In this document: one piece after another, positions 41,154 through 53,525 of the stretch | Numbering within the stretch: position 1 is the stretch's first letter | Layout of the letters: the number at the start of each line of letters is the position of its first letter | NCBI GenBank assembly: GCA_963733195.1 | Contig: CAVTCR010000033.1 | Span: 64,249 to 128,248 of the forward strand | Length of the DNA: 64,000 nucleotides | Reading direction: 5' to 3' | Source: an uncultured delta proteobacterium | GTDB lineage: Bacteria > Desulfobacterota > Binatia > Bin18 | Notes under the pieces: generated by a model | Database searches by the model: none | What the model was told of the DNA's origin: nothing | The model's input: the letters and a program-made list of their open reading frames with translations, nothing else | Position numbers and translations under genes: made by a program

Positions 41154-42293
41154 GTGGCAAAAAGACCAATGAGACAATTATTAGGTGAGTTTATGTCAAG
41201 TGAGGCAATAGTCGTAGCAGGACACGATGCAGGAGCTGTGGAAGAATCAGCTTTACGGGTACACTACCTGACAACGAACAGCCGTCAGGAAGAAGAAACT
41301 TGGGATCGTTTTATTCGGCTCTCGCCTAATGGGACAGTTTTTCATTTGTCTTCGTGGAGACGGGCTGTCGAGGAAGTCTATCGGCACAAGCCTCACTATC
41401 TAGTAGCGTATGCGGGAAACGAAATTCGTGCAGCACTACCGTTGTTTGAAATTCATGGCGTGCTTTCTGGTCGCATTCTCGTTTCTGTACCATATGCAGT
41501 CTATGGAGGGCTCTGCGGAACTGATCCGATTGCGCGCAAGCTCCTGCTCGAAGAAGCGAGGAGGTTAGCTGTACGCCAGCGGATTCGCTACGTTGAATTG
41601 CGCCACTTAAGCGACCCTGATCCAGAGTTGCCAACAAAGTCACTATATGTTAGTTTTGTAAAAACTCTAGCTGCTGACCCGGAAGCGAACATGGAGGCGA
41701 TTCCGCGGAAGCAGCGGCGGATGGTTCGCGTTGGCCTCAAGAATGGCCTTGAGGCTCGACGAGGCTGGGAGCACCTTGGCCGCTTTTTCGATATTTTCGT
41801 AGCTAATAAAAGGCGGCTGGGATCCCCTTCATTTCCGTTACGGTTTTTCGAAGCTGTGCGTACCCATTTCGGCAAAGAGGCCGAATTGCTCACCGTGTGG
41901 CATGATAGCCATATGGTAGCCGGAGTCATTTCTTTTTTTTACGGCGATCGTGTGATGCCGTATTATGGAGCGGCACTGGAGGAGGCATTTCGCCTCGCAG
42001 TCAACGATTTTATGTATTGGGAATTGATGCGAGAATCCTGTGTATCTGGTTATCGAGTATTTGATTTTGGCCGCAGTCGTGAGGGGACAGGATCGTACGA
42101 CTTCAAACATCATTGGGGATTTGAGCCTCAGCCACTCGCGTATCAATATCTGTTGATGAACGGGAATGCGATGCCCAACTTGGATCCGTCCAACCCGCGC
42201 TTGCATTTTTTTATTGATACCTGGAAGCGGCTCCCACTCCCTGTCACCAAATGGATTGGTCCTGCATTAACTCGTTGGCTTCCACTTGACTAA
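41154..42293 (+). CDS. FemAB-family XrtA/PEP-CTERM system-associated protein
   Basis: VSVPYAVYGG, IPRKQRRMVR, NDFMYWELM, FDFGRS and FKHHWGFEP motifs. Confidence 0.88.
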   Translation: MAKRPMRQLLGEFMSSEAIVVAGHDAGAVEESALRVHYLTTNSRQEEETWDRFIRLSPNGTVFHLSSWRRAVEEVYRHKPHYLVAYAGNEIRAALPLFEIHGVLSGRILVSVPYAVYGGLCGTDPIARKLLLEEARRLAVRQRIRYVELRHLSDPDPELPTKSLYVSFVKTLAADPEANMEAIPRKQRRMVRVGLKNGLEARRGWEHLGRFFDIFVANKRRLGSPSFPLRFFEAVRTHFGKEAELLTVWHDSHMVAGVISFFYGDRVMPYYGAALEEAFRLAVNDFMYWELMRESCVSGYRVFDFGRSREGTGSYDFKHHWGFEPQPLAYQYLLMNGNAMPNLDPSNPRLHFFIDTWKRLPLPVTKWIGPALTRWLPLD

Positions 42294-43504
42294 TGAACAT
42301 CTTATACATTACTCATCGCATTCCGTACCCTCCGAATAAGGGCGACAAAATCCGATCGTTCCATCAACTTCGGCAGCTCGCCAAAAGGCACACGGTTCAT
42401 CTGGCGTGTTTGGTTGATGACCCGGAAGATCTCCAGTATGTACCGGTGTTGGAGCAGCACTGTGCGTCTGTAGATGTCGTTTATCGAAAGAAAATAGTTT
42501 CCCTGCTGCACGCGACTGTTGCGCTACTGACAGCGGTACCGTTATCAGTAGCGTCTTTTTATTCGTGGAAACTGGCGAAAAAGATAAAACAACGACTTCA
42601 GGACGCCAGCATCGATCGAATCATTGTGTTCTCGTCAGCGATGGCAACTTATGTGCGACACGTATCTGACATCCCGAAAATTATGGATTTCGTCGATGTC
42701 GACTCTGAGAAATGGCGGATCTATACGGACTACCATTCGTTTCCCCTGTCGTGGATATATAAGGCGGAGGCGGACCGCCTCGCTCGTTATGAAGAGGAAG
42801 TTGCGAAGGAGTTTGCATACTCCCTGTTTGTTTCGCAGACTGAAGCAACACTGTTTGAACAGCGTGTCTGTGACCGTCCGATTGGTGTTATCCCCAACGG
42901 GGTTGATCTTGAATATTTTACTCCTCCAGCGCAAACGGAGCGAAGTCCTGCTGCACCCCTTGTAGTCTTCACCGGGGCTATGGATTATTTCCCCAATGTC
43001 GACGCAGTGTGTTATTTCTGTCGGGAAATCTTTCCGCTGATTCAGAGTGTGTTACCGGAAGTGCGCTTTTCAATTGTTGGACGCAACCCGACGAATCAAG
43101 TGAAGGAATTGAGGCACCTTCCCAATGTGACGGTGAGTGGAACCGTGCCGGATATTCGCCCGTACCTTGCTGAAGCGATGCTTGCCGTTGCTCCATTCCG
43201 TATCGCGAGAGGGATTCCGAACAAAGTTCTGGAGGCGATGGCGATGGGGCTGCCTGTGATTGGCACGACTCTCGCCTTTCAGGGTATCCAAGCGACAACG
43301 GCAGATGGTATTCGCATTGCGGATGATCCACAAAAATTCGCGCACGAGGTGTTGACCTTTTTGACTGACGTCCAGTTACAACGCCGCTGTGCGCTACAGG
43401 TCCGCCAGTACGTAGAGCAACAACACCGATGGGAAGACTGCGGAAATCGCCTAGAGCAGCTTCTGGACACCGTAGCAATGGAGACATCAGGTTGCTGCTC
43501 CTGA
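42293..43504 (+). CDS. GT4 glycosyltransferase, PEP-CTERM/XrtA system (TIGR03087-like)
   Basis: HRIPYPPNKGDKIRS, DFVDVDSEKW, FTGAMDYFPN and IARGIPNKVLEAMA motifs. Confidence 0.9.
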   Translation: MNILYITHRIPYPPNKGDKIRSFHQLRQLAKRHTVHLACLVDDPEDLQYVPVLEQHCASVDVVYRKKIVSLLHATVALLTAVPLSVASFYSWKLAKKIKQRLQDASIDRIIVFSSAMATYVRHVSDIPKIMDFVDVDSEKWRIYTDYHSFPLSWIYKAEADRLARYEEEVAKEFAYSLFVSQTEATLFEQRVCDRPIGVIPNGVDLEYFTPPAQTERSPAAPLVVFTGAMDYFPNVDAVCYFCREIFPLIQSVLPEVRFSIVGRNPTNQVKELRHLPNVTVSGTVPDIRPYLAEAMLAVAPFRIARGIPNKVLEAMAMGLPVIGTTLAFQGIQATTADGIRIADDPQKFAHEVLTFLTDVQLQRRCALQVRQYVEQQHRWEDCGNRLEQLLDTVAMETSGCCS

Positions 43505-43551
43505 CGCCTCCCCTCGAGGGTTGATAGGGGTGGGACGGTGAGGTCAGAGCG

Positions 43552-44751
43552 ATGACTGTTCTTAGACAGCCGAAGGAGTTTCAACCTCCGCTCGTGGTCC
43601 ATATTATTTTTCGCTTGGCGACGGGAGGATTAGAGAACGGGCTTGTCAACCTGATCAACCGAACACCTCGAGACCGTTATCGTCATGCTATTGTATGTTT
43701 GAAAGATTCGACTGATTTCCGAGGCCGTATTCAGCATCAAATCCCGATTGTCGCACTACACAAACGTGGAGGGCAGGATCTTGCAAGCCACATGCGATTG
43801 TGGCGGACCCTGCACGAGCTGCGCCCGACATCGTTCATACTCGCAATCTGCCGACGCTTGAGTATGCGATCGTTGCAGCCCTCGCTGGAGTTCCGGGGCG
43901 AGTGCATGGTGAGCATGGACGTGATGTCTATGACATTGATGGATCAAGCCGAAAGTACAATATCTTGCGGAGAGCGATCAAGCCGTTGATTCATCACTAC
44001 ATCACTGTGAGTAGAGATTTGGCTGGGTGGCTCAACCGGACTGTGGGAGTTGCGGATGGTCACATTTCAGCAAATCTACAACGGTGTGGATGACCAGCGT
44101 TTTCAGCCGCGCAAAGGGTCTTGTGTTTCTCTCGGACCAGAAGGATTCTTACCTCCTGAAGCATTCGTGATCGGAACGGTGGGGCGCATGGAAACGGTCA
44201 AGAACCAACCCTTATTAGTGCGTACCTTTCTCCGATTGCTAGATTTGATTCCCAATGCTCGTGAGCGGGTCCGACTTGTCATGGTCGGCGATGGAGCCCT
44301 CCGCGAAGAGTCACAGCGCTTGTTGCGAGCGGCACAGGCCGAACACCTGGCGTGGCTTCCAGGCGAGCGTGGGGACATCCCCGAGATTATGCGCGCCTTG
44401 GATGTCTTTGTCCTACCGTCTCTCGCTGAAGGCGTTTCCAATACGATCCTTGAGGCGATGGCAAGTGGTCTTCCGGTTGTTGCAACCCGAGTCGGAGGTA
44501 ACCCCGAGTTAATTGAAGATGGGGAAACAGGGCAACTTGTGCCGTCGTCTGATCCTGACGCTATGGCTAAAGCGCTGGGGTCGTATATGCTTAATCCCAA
44601 GCAAGCTATCCAGCATGGTCAAGCTGGACGAAAGAAGATAGAAAAACAGTTCAGTATGGAAGCGATGGTCGCTAACTACCTTTCTGTCTATGATGCAGTG
44701 TTAATGGGTAACCAAGCGAACCCACGCTCTCTCGCGTTAGAAACTGCCTGA
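43552..44751 (+). CDS. GT4 glycosyltransferase (TIGR03088-like; two frameshifts)
   Basis: GGLENGLVNLIN, HTRNL, VHGEHGRD and EGVSNTILEAMASGLP motifs. Confidence 0.85.
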
Positions 44752-44797
44752 CCCTATTGGACGTGTGTCGGTTAAGTCCTGAATCCTGCTTTCTCTT

Positions 44798-46732
44798 ATG
44801 TGTGGCATTGCTGGTATTCTAGAGTTTGAAACGGGACGGCAGCCCTCCCTGGAGCAGTTACAGCGGATGGCTCACGCACTCGTTCATCGTGGTCCCGATG
44901 AAGAAGGATTTTATCAGTCCGGGCCGGTCGGTTTCGCCCATCGACGGCTGAGCATTATTGATCTTGCTTCCGGCCAGCAACCGATGCAAAGTCCTGACGG
45001 GCAAGTGTGCGTGGTGTTCAACGGTGAGGTCTACAATTACCTAGAATTGAAGCATGAGCTGGAGCAAAAGGGCTATACGTTCTCTACCCGCTCTGACACT
45101 GAGGTGCTCCTGGCTTTGTATCTGCACTATGGGGTAGCTGCCTTTCCCAAGATCAACGGCATGTTAGCGTGCGCAGTGTGGGACCAGCGAACCCGCCAGC
45201 TTGTCTTAGCGCGTGATCGTTTCGGCAAAAAGCCGCTCTTCTATTACCAGGATACACACCGCTTCCTCTTCGGGTCGGAAATAAAAGCCCTGCTTGCCCA
45301 TGGAGAGGTACCGCGTACCCTCAATCCCGCTGCGCTGCATAGTTATTTCACTCACAGTTACATTGTTGGTGAGCATACCATTCTGGCCGATGTGCGTCGC
45401 GTGCCGCCAGCGCACGTATTGGTGGTGCGCGACAGACACGTGACATGCCAACCGTACTGGGAGTTCCGCCTCCATCCCGATGATGCTCCTCCGAATGAAG
45501 AAGATGCGACGACGCACCTTGACGGTCTGTTACGTCAAGCTGTTCAACGCCGATTGATGAGTGAGGTTCCTCTTGGGGCGTTTTTGAGTGGCGGACTCGA
45601 TTCAAGTACTGTCGTTGCGCTGATGGCTCAGATGTCTTCTCGTCCGGTACAGACCTTCACAGTTGGGTTTGATGAGTCGGACTATTCAGAACTTGCCGAT
45701 GCTCGGGAAGTGGCGAAACATCTGGGGACTGAACACCACGAGATGGTCGTGAAACCCGCTGCACTGGATATTCTGCCCGATCTGGTCTGGTATCTTGATG
45801 AGCCGTTCGGTGACTCCTCGGCGGTGCCGACCTACTATGTCAGCCGTGCCGCCCGACAACACTTGACCGTAGCGCTTTCTGGTGACGGAGGAGATGAGGT
45901 CTTTGCCGGCTACATGCGCTATCAGCAAATTGCTGAATATCAGCGCATGCAGGCTATCCCTGCTGGGGTGAGACAACGGGTGTTGCAGCCGTTAGCGGCG
46001 AGATTGCCTTTTACCTGGCCAGGCTGGAACTACCTGTATGCCATGGGAAAGATGAATGGAAGTGCCTTGCCTTACAATCTCGGCTTGTATCCATACATCC
46101 AAGAGCAGCTCTATACACCGGAGTTCCAGCAGCAACTCCAAGGGGACGATCCCTTTGCGCTGACGGAGCAGATTTTGAGTCGGGGTGAACACCTCGACCC
46201 AGTCAGTCGCTATCAATACCTGGACACCTTACAGTACTTGCCAGCGGACATTCTCACCAAGGTTGACCGCATGAGCATGGCGACTTCTCTTGAAGTGCGG
46301 GCGCCGTTGCTCGATTATACTGTTGTCGAGTACCTGGCGACACTGCCGCTCTCCTACAAACTCCGCGGGGGGGTGAGCAAGTACATCTTACGGAAACTGA
46401 GTGAACGATTATTGCCACCGTCCGTGCTTGCTAAACGCAAGCAGGGATTTGCCATTCCCAAGGACCGCTGGTTTCAACAGGATCTGCGTACCTTTGCTGA
46501 AGAACTGTTGTTATCTCCTCGCACTCTCACCAGGGGATATGTACGTGGAGACACAGTGAGACGGCTCCTTCGCCACCATATATCGGGGCGGCGAGATTAC
46601 AGCACCTGGATCTGGTGCTTAATCATGTTCGAAATGTGGTGCCGCACCTTCTTAGATGAGCGACTAGACAGAACACTGGAGCGCAGAGAGCGTCCTGGCG
46701 ACTTTTCTCGGCGAGTTGGAGTGGAGGTGTAA
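44798..46732 (+). CDS. Asparagine synthase-like glutamine amidotransferase
   Basis: MCGIAG, HRGPD, FNGEVYN, LSGGLDSS, SGDGGDE and DRMSMATSLEVRAP motifs. Confidence 0.93.
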   Translation: MCGIAGILEFETGRQPSLEQLQRMAHALVHRGPDEEGFYQSGPVGFAHRRLSIIDLASGQQPMQSPDGQVCVVFNGEVYNYLELKHELEQKGYTFSTRSDTEVLLALYLHYGVAAFPKINGMLACAVWDQRTRQLVLARDRFGKKPLFYYQDTHRFLFGSEIKALLAHGEVPRTLNPAALHSYFTHSYIVGEHTILADVRRVPPAHVLVVRDRHVTCQPYWEFRLHPDDAPPNEEDATTHLDGLLRQAVQRRLMSEVPLGAFLSGGLDSSTVVALMAQMSSRPVQTFTVGFDESDYSELADAREVAKHLGTEHHEMVVKPAALDILPDLVWYLDEPFGDSSAVPTYYVSRAARQHLTVALSGDGGDEVFAGYMRYQQIAEYQRMQAIPAGVRQRVLQPLAARLPFTWPGWNYLYAMGKMNGSALPYNLGLYPYIQEQLYTPEFQQQLQGDDPFALTEQILSRGEHLDPVSRYQYLDTLQYLPADILTKVDRMSMATSLEVRAPLLDYTVVEYLATLPLSYKLRGGVSKYILRKLSERLLPPSVLAKRKQGFAIPKDRWFQQDLRTFAEELLLSPRTLTRGYVRGDTVRRLLRHHISGRRDYSTWIWCLIMFEMWCRTFLDERLDRTLERRERPGDFSRRVGVEV

Positions 46733-46765
46733 GTAGCACCCATCTTCGGCGGAAAAACCATATTT

Positions 46766-48658
46766 ATGTGTGGAATCGCCGGCATTTTTTATCCACGATC
46801 GTCAGACACCGTCGAGGTGAACCAACTTCACCGGATGACCTCGGTCCTCGTCCACCGTGGGCCAGACGAGGGGGATGTCTATAGTGAGGGGCCGATCGGT
46901 CTTGGTCATCGGCGATTGAGTATCATTGATCTTACGGGAGGCAAACAACCGATCTTCAATGAAGATCGCACGATGGCAATCGTCTTTAATGGCGAACTCT
47001 ACAATTTTCAGCGATTGCGTGAGACCCTCCTACAACGAGGGCATCGTTTCATAACGAATAGTGATACCGAAGTGATTCTGCACGCCTACGAAGAATACGG
47101 ATCGCAATGTGTTCGTCATCTCCGTGGGATGTTTGCCTTTGCAGTGTGGGATGGCCGAAAAAACAGCTTTTTCTCGCTCGCGATCGTATTGGCATTAAGC
47201 CACTGTATTATTACTGGAACGGGCAAAAGTTTCTCTTCGGCTCGGAGATCAAAGCTATCTTGCAAGACCCGACAGTGCAACGAGATATCGATCCCTCATG
47301 CTTTAGATGAATACTTGACCTACCTGTATATTCCGGCACCCAGAACGATTTTTCAGCAGATCTATAAGCTCCGGCCCGGACACACACTGACCGTCTCTGA
47401 GTGCGGTCTCAAGGAAGAGGAATACTGGGACCTCACTTTTCAGCCGGAAAGCGATCAACCTGAGCATGATGTGGCCGAAGGAGTATTGGAAAAACTGCGA
47501 GAATCAGTGTCTGTCCATCTGATGAGTGAGGTTCCTTTAGGAGCGTTTTTGTCGGGCGGGATCGATTCGAGTGCTGTCGTGGCAATTATGGCCGGTCTGC
47601 TGGATCAGCCGGTGAACACCGCCTCGATCGGATTTCGCGAAGCCGAATTTGATGAGAGCCCTTATGCGAGGGCAGTTGCGCAACAGTTTCAGACCAACGC
47701 CTATGAGAAAACAGTGGAGGCTGATGCTGCGAAGATTCTTGAAACCCTAGCGTGGCACTTTGACGAACCCTTTGCTGACTCCTCAATGGTGCCAACTTAC
47801 TATGTCTCACAGGTCGCTCGTGAACGGGTGACCGTGTGTCTCTCCGGTGATGGTGGGGATGAGAATTTTGCTGGGTATCGACGGTATCGGTTTGACGTGT
47901 TTGAGAATGCAGTCCGGAAGGTGTTGCCGCAGTCCTTGCGAGGGCCGCTCTTCGGCACCCTCGGGTGTCTTTATCCCAAGGCGGATTGGCTCCCACGGAT
48001 TTTTCGGGGCAAAAACGCTTCTCACGAATCTCTCTCTTTCCCCTGAGCGAGCGTATTTCCAGACGATGAGTTGGTTTACGCCGGCAATGAAACGCCTGCT
48101 CTACAGAGATTCATTGCGGACGGCCCTGAGTGGGTATGATTCCTTCACCGTCATGCAACAGTATTTCGACCGTACACAAGGCTGGGACCCGCTCTCGCGC
48201 ATTCAATATGTCGACATCAAGACCTACCTCGTTGACGATATTCTGACCAAGGTCGATCGGGCCAGCATGGCGCATTCCCTCGAAGTGAGAGTTCCGCTCT
48301 TGGACCACGAATTCATGGAATACGTGGCTCGTATCCCTGCCTAGTTATAAACTCCATGCTGGTGAGGGGAAGTACATCTTCAAGAAAGCGCTTGCAGGAC
48401 TCTTGCCGAAAGAGGTGATGGACGAGGCCGAAGATGGGGTTTTCGATCCCTCTATCACACTGGTTCCGTGACGGCTTGAAAACCGTATTTGAAGAACGAG
48501 TTTTACCGAACGAGCGTTCTTGGCCAATCTGTTCGATCTTGCCCCAATTCGTCAGTGGTGGGCGCAGCATCAGCGCGGAACAAGAGATTATGCTCCAGAG
48601 TTATGGGCACTGCTGAGTACTAGAATGTTGGGGTAGGCGCTTTGTTTCTCATTCGTGA
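46766..48658 (+). CDS. XrtA/PEP-CTERM system amidotransferase (AsnB-like; several frameshifts)
   Basis: [37 protein letters not shown] and [12 protein letters not shown] across consecutive ORFs. Confidence 0.85.
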
Positions 48659-48743
48659 TCATCGAATTGTGGTAGAAACGATTAGTTGATGTTTAGGCTT
48701 TGTGCGCGCCGTCATTAATTGAATAATGGGAAGAGGCAGGTCC

Positions 48744-49812
48744 ATGAAGATTGTTGTGAAGAGGAGAATTTCTGATCTACTGAGGCTGATTTCTGCACTA
48801 CAAAAGTATAAAGGCGGTATTTTCCCTACAATAATTCGATTCTTTCGGTTGGCGTTACAGGAGTTGTTCTCGCCGGATGAAATCTTCATGTTAGGATTGC
48901 TTGATCCACAGAAAACGCAATACGATCTTGCGCGTTTCGTAAGCAAGGAAAAGATGCTGAGGTTACAAATAAAGCTTAATCCTGGTGCACAATGTATTTA
49001 ACCGAAGATAAGCTCGCTTTCTACACGTACTGTTGTGATCATGATTTAGCGACACCGCGTGTATACGCCGTCTTTGCTGAACGGGATTCGGTTAGAGAAG
49101 GAATCTACCATATTCGTGAATCCAGTGAGTGGCTAAATTTTTGTAGAAATTTCTCTTTTTTCTCATATGGTAAGTTCAAGCCCGTTGGGGGGGCACATGG
49201 TGAAGGGGTGTTGGTACTAAGAAAAGACCCACGAGGAGTTTCGGGATTCCCATGGGAATCACTATAACGCATACGACTTACTCTCATTTATGAAGAGAAT
49301 GATGTACAAAGAGTGGTTAATTCAGGAGCGTTTACAATGTCATTCTGCACTCCATGAACTATCAAATGTGAATTATATACAAACTGCTAGGGTTGTGACT
49401 TTTGCAAATAACAATGACCGAGCATCGATTATGGCAGCTTGGATGCGTATCATTGGGAAATCTTCGCCAACTGATAACTTTAACTTTGGGACCTCTGGTA
49501 ACTTAGTAGGAGTTGTCAATATCAAAACTGGATGTATAGAAACAGCTGTAGGAATGGGATCAGACGCGCTTGGGATTGTGCCCGTTACTGAACATCCGAC
49601 AACAAGAGTTCGCTTGCCTGGATTTCAGATACCTGATTGGGATAAAATTCTTGAACTGGTTAATCGCGCTGCTCTATGTTTCCGTCCATTACGCCATAGG
49701 TTGGGACGTAGCAATTACTGACAAGGGGCTAAGTCTGATAGAAGGAAATGTGACCTGGGACCCGCTACCGGGCCACCCTAACATCGAAAAGACGTTTACG
49801 ATATGCTGCTAA
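48744..49812 (+). CDS. Sugar-transfer-associated ATP-grasp protein (fragmented)
   Basis: EDKLAF, KPVGGAHGEG, IQERL, TDNF..G, GFQIPDW and IGWDVAITDKGLSLIEGN pieces. Confidence 0.75.
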
Positions 49813-50042
49813 AGGGCCAAGGGAACCTGAGCGTTGCTCACTGAGGCGTTATCGCTAGCGTTAGGCTAAAAAATCGCGCAAACACGAAAGGGTCTAAACT
49901 ATCACTACGAGAAAGTGAAGTTTAGCAACTAACATTGACAAAGCACCAGACCCATCGATTGTCTTTTCAGTTTAGAATAAGACAAAACTTTGATTGTGCT
50001 AAAATCTTTTGAACGAAGATTCGCTTCTTCTGGTAAGAGAAA

Positions 50043-51215
50043 ATGATCTTGAAATTGTGGAAAAAGCGACTCCATCGGCCTGAAGCTGTGAGAGTCATTA
50101 TCAGGGATTGGTCCGGAGGCCGAGGTCCGGTGTTAGAAAGTCGAATACATCTTCATGAAGCTGCACAATGGATACTACGGGCACAGGCGGCGACGCCAGA
50201 TGGAGGCGTATCTGCCGGATATTCTTTCGAGGATGGATGGATCGCCTCGTATCCAGAAACAACTGGGTACATCATTCCCACGCTTCTTGGTTACGCTAAC
50301 TACGCAAGAAATCCTCTTTACCGAGATCATGCACTTACTATGGCTGAATGGGAGCTGAGTGTCCAATTGGACTCTGGGGCTTTTCCTGGGCATTTTGTTG
50401 ATCGCTCCAATCCTCCTATAGTTTTTAATACAGGCCAAATCATTTTTGGTCTCATCGCAGCATATCTCGATACACAATCCGAACGATTCTTGGCAGCAGC
50501 AAAAAAGGCTGGGGCGTGGCTCGTCGCTGTGCAAGATAAGGATGGTGCTTGGCGGCAGTTTGATTATCGAGGAGTTGCACATAGTTACAACACTCGGACT
50601 GCATGGGCCATGGTTGAGTCAGCTTTGCTGACAAATGACGAGCCACTTCTGCAGGCCGCTGAGCGGCATCTACGATGGGCACTAGAACAACAACAAGAAA
50701 ATGGCTGGTTCAGAAATGTTGCGTTTTTACCAGATCAGGCCCCATTTCTCCATACCATTGCTTATGCTGTCCAAGGGCTCTTAGAAGCAGGGATCAGGCT
50801 CAATTGTAAGGACTATATCACTGGAGCGGAACGGACGTGTCGGGCCCTAGTGCCTTTTGTCGGTTCGGATGGCGCTATTCCAGGAACGTTTGACTCCCAT
50901 TGGCAGCCGACTGCCCGGTACAGTTGTCTAACAGGCAATGCGCAGATGGCCGCCTCATGGTTGCGCCTTTACCAGGTGAAGCAAGAACCGATCTTTCGAG
51001 AATGTGCTGAAAAAGCCAACTGCTTTCTCAAATCGCTTCAAGATTGCCGAACCGACAATCTTGGGATCAGAGGAGCGATTCAAGGCTCTTATCCTATTAC
51101 TGGGAGATATCTGTTTGGCACTTATCCAAACTGGGCGACCAAGTTCTTTATGGATACTCTCCTTCTCGAAGAATCCGTGCGAAGCGGTCAGAATGCGTGG
51201 GTGCCGTGTTGGTAA
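50043..51215 (+). CDS. Conserved EPS-locus protein, alpha/alpha-toroid-like, function unknown
   Basis: SYPETTGYIIPT, FNTGQ, QDKDGAW, QQENGWF, CLTGNAQ and YPNWATKFF motifs. Confidence 0.75.
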   Translation: MILKLWKKRLHRPEAVRVIIRDWSGGRGPVLESRIHLHEAAQWILRAQAATPDGGVSAGYSFEDGWIASYPETTGYIIPTLLGYANYARNPLYRDHALTMAEWELSVQLDSGAFPGHFVDRSNPPIVFNTGQIIFGLIAAYLDTQSERFLAAAKKAGAWLVAVQDKDGAWRQFDYRGVAHSYNTRTAWAMVESALLTNDEPLLQAAERHLRWALEQQQENGWFRNVAFLPDQAPFLHTIAYAVQGLLEAGIRLNCKDYITGAERTCRALVPFVGSDGAIPGTFDSHWQPTARYSCLTGNAQMAASWLRLYQVKQEPIFRECAEKANCFLKSLQDCRTDNLGIRGAIQGSYPITGRYLFGTYPNWATKFFMDTLLLEESVRSGQNAWVPCW

Positions 51216-51266
51216 GATATTGTGTAACAACGAACGAGGCGGCTCATAACAGTTAGGAAAGGACAG

Positions 51267-52270
51267 ATGGAAGCAACCGAGAATCCGCCAGTCTTTTGGG
51301 ACCGTCTTGTTCAGGTCCCTTGCCAGGTGCCTGGGTTTGCGCAAGCAATGAAGCACCTTGGATACTCGCCGCTTTATCTCTGGGAGGGCGGTCACGGGGC
51401 ATTAGCGCTGCTGCGAGGAAATATTCGTGGTCTTACGTGGCTGACTGCGCGCGCAAATCTTTTTGTGACAAACGTAGAGCCGGAGTTTCTGACGAAGGCA
51501 CTACAAACTCTAGGAACGTTAGGAATTTCTCACGTTAAAGTGGGGGATTCGATGTGGGGGCCACGTTGGGAGCAATTGCCGACTCCCTGGGTTTTCCCCC
51601 GTACTCAGTTTGTGAGGAGACACACCTTTATCCTCGACTTGGAAGCTTCGCAAGAAACCCTTGTCAAACACATGGACGGAGCTGCGCGCAAAATTCGTAA
51701 AGCAGAGAAAGAAGGAGTGACTGTTCGCTCTGTAGAAAACCCAGAAGATCTTTCCGCTTTCTGCATGCTTGCTGAGGAAACTGCTGATCGTGTACGGCAA
51801 CGTTCAGCGTATACCGACTTTCCTCCGTCGTTCTTCAGAACCTTATATCAGTTGTTGTCCCCTTCGGGGCAGGCCAGATTTTACGTTGCCTGGTATAAGG
51901 ATCAACCGCTCGCAGCCTGCGTTTTTCTCTGCTCCTCGGATACTATGTTGTACTATCTCGGTGGCTCAAGCCGGGATCGAGAGTTGACCGCGAAGCAAGC
52001 TCCGAGCGCCCTTTTTTGGCATGCAATACAGGAGGCACGACGGTTGGGGTTACGGCGATTCGACTTCGGAGGTTGCACACGACCGATGATCCAAATGATT
52101 CTCGCTATGGGGTTTATACCTTCAAAAAGCGATGGGGTGGACGACTCGAGAATTTTGCAAATCTTGATGTAGTCTTGTCAGCTCTCCCATACTACTTCCA
52201 AGAGCAAGTGCTCTCCCCACTCTGGGACCGATTACATCCTTTCTACTTCAAATTGTTCGCGCAAAAATAG
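51267..52270 (+). CDS. FemAB/GNAT-like acyl or aminoacyl transferase (frameshift near 52080)
   Basis: TFILDL, KIRKAEKEGV, LFWHAIQEA, FDFGG and GVYTFKKRWGG motifs. Confidence 0.82.
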
Positions 52271-52289
52271 AATCGGTGCTGTAGGTCGC

Positions 52290-53525
52290 ATGAAAATTCT
52301 CGTTTTTACTACTCTCTATCCCAATAACACGCGCCTTTATCACGGCGTGTTTGTGAAAGAACGCATGTCCCGCGTCGCCCGACTAGAGGGATGTGATATC
52401 AAGGTAATTGCTCCAGTTCCCTATTTCCCGAGTATTCCTATTACGCGAAGGTGGCGTTTTTCTCAGGTAATGCGTTACGAGCAACAGGAGGGAGATAGAA
52501 GTTTACCATCCTCGCTACTTCATCACTCCCAAAATCGGTACGGCCTACTATGGATTTTCAATGTTTCTCTCAGTCTTACCGATTATCGCTACGGGTCCAA
52601 CGTAAATTCTCCTTTGATATTCTTGACACTCATTATGTCTACCCAGATGGATTTGCTGGAGTGTTGCTCGGACGTTACTTCAAACGCCCGGTAGTTGTCT
52701 CAGCAAGAGGAAGCGATATTAACCTCCTATCTCAGCTTCCCCTTATGCGTAATCTATTACGATATACACTCAAGAAGTCGGATAGAATCGTTGCCGTAAG
52801 CCAAGCTTTGAAAAATGAAATGGTGCGATTAGGAATTCAGGGACGATAAGATTCATCTCATTCCTAATGGAATCGATACCAAGAAATTTTATCCGATTGT
52901 AAAATCACACGCACGGACACAAGTCCAGATTTTGTCGGATCAGAAAATTATACTTTCTGTCGCCGCGCTTATTCCTAATAAAGGTATTGAGATCTTGATA
53001 CGAGCGTTACAGATTCTTCTTGCTCAAAAAGAGGAAAAAAATTGCTGCCTTGTAATTATTGGTGAAGGTCCGTTACGTGCAGAACTGGAAAAACTTGCGA
53101 CGACTCTTTACGTCGAGAAGCACGTTCGCTTTGTCGGAGCCGTGCCACATGGAGAGTTGTACCGTTGGTATAATGCTGCCGATGTGTTTTGTCTGGCGAG
53201 TAGTCGAGAAGGGTGGCCAAATGTGGTGACTGAGGCCTTAGCCTGCGGTACGCCTGTTGTTGCTACAGATGTTGGTGGGATTCCAGAAATCATTTGCTCA
53301 CCAGAAATTGGGCTCATCGTAAAACGTCATGAACGAGAGATTGCTGATGCTCTTGCCATTGCCCTCAAGAAACCGTGGCAGCGTGAGAGTATCGTTACGT
53401 ATGCGAGAGCGCGCACATGGGAGCAAGTTGCGCGGTCCTTGCATGATGTTTTTACCTCCGTTGTGAACACTCGTAGAAAGTCTCTCCCATTGTTGACAAC
53501 AACCAGCACGGCGGGGCGATGCTAA
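52290..53525 (+). CDS. GT4 glycosyltransferase (TuaC-like; frameshifted)
   Basis: FTTLYPN, GVFVKERM, HYVYPDGFA, ARGSDI and REGWPNVVTEALACG motifs. Confidence 0.85.
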
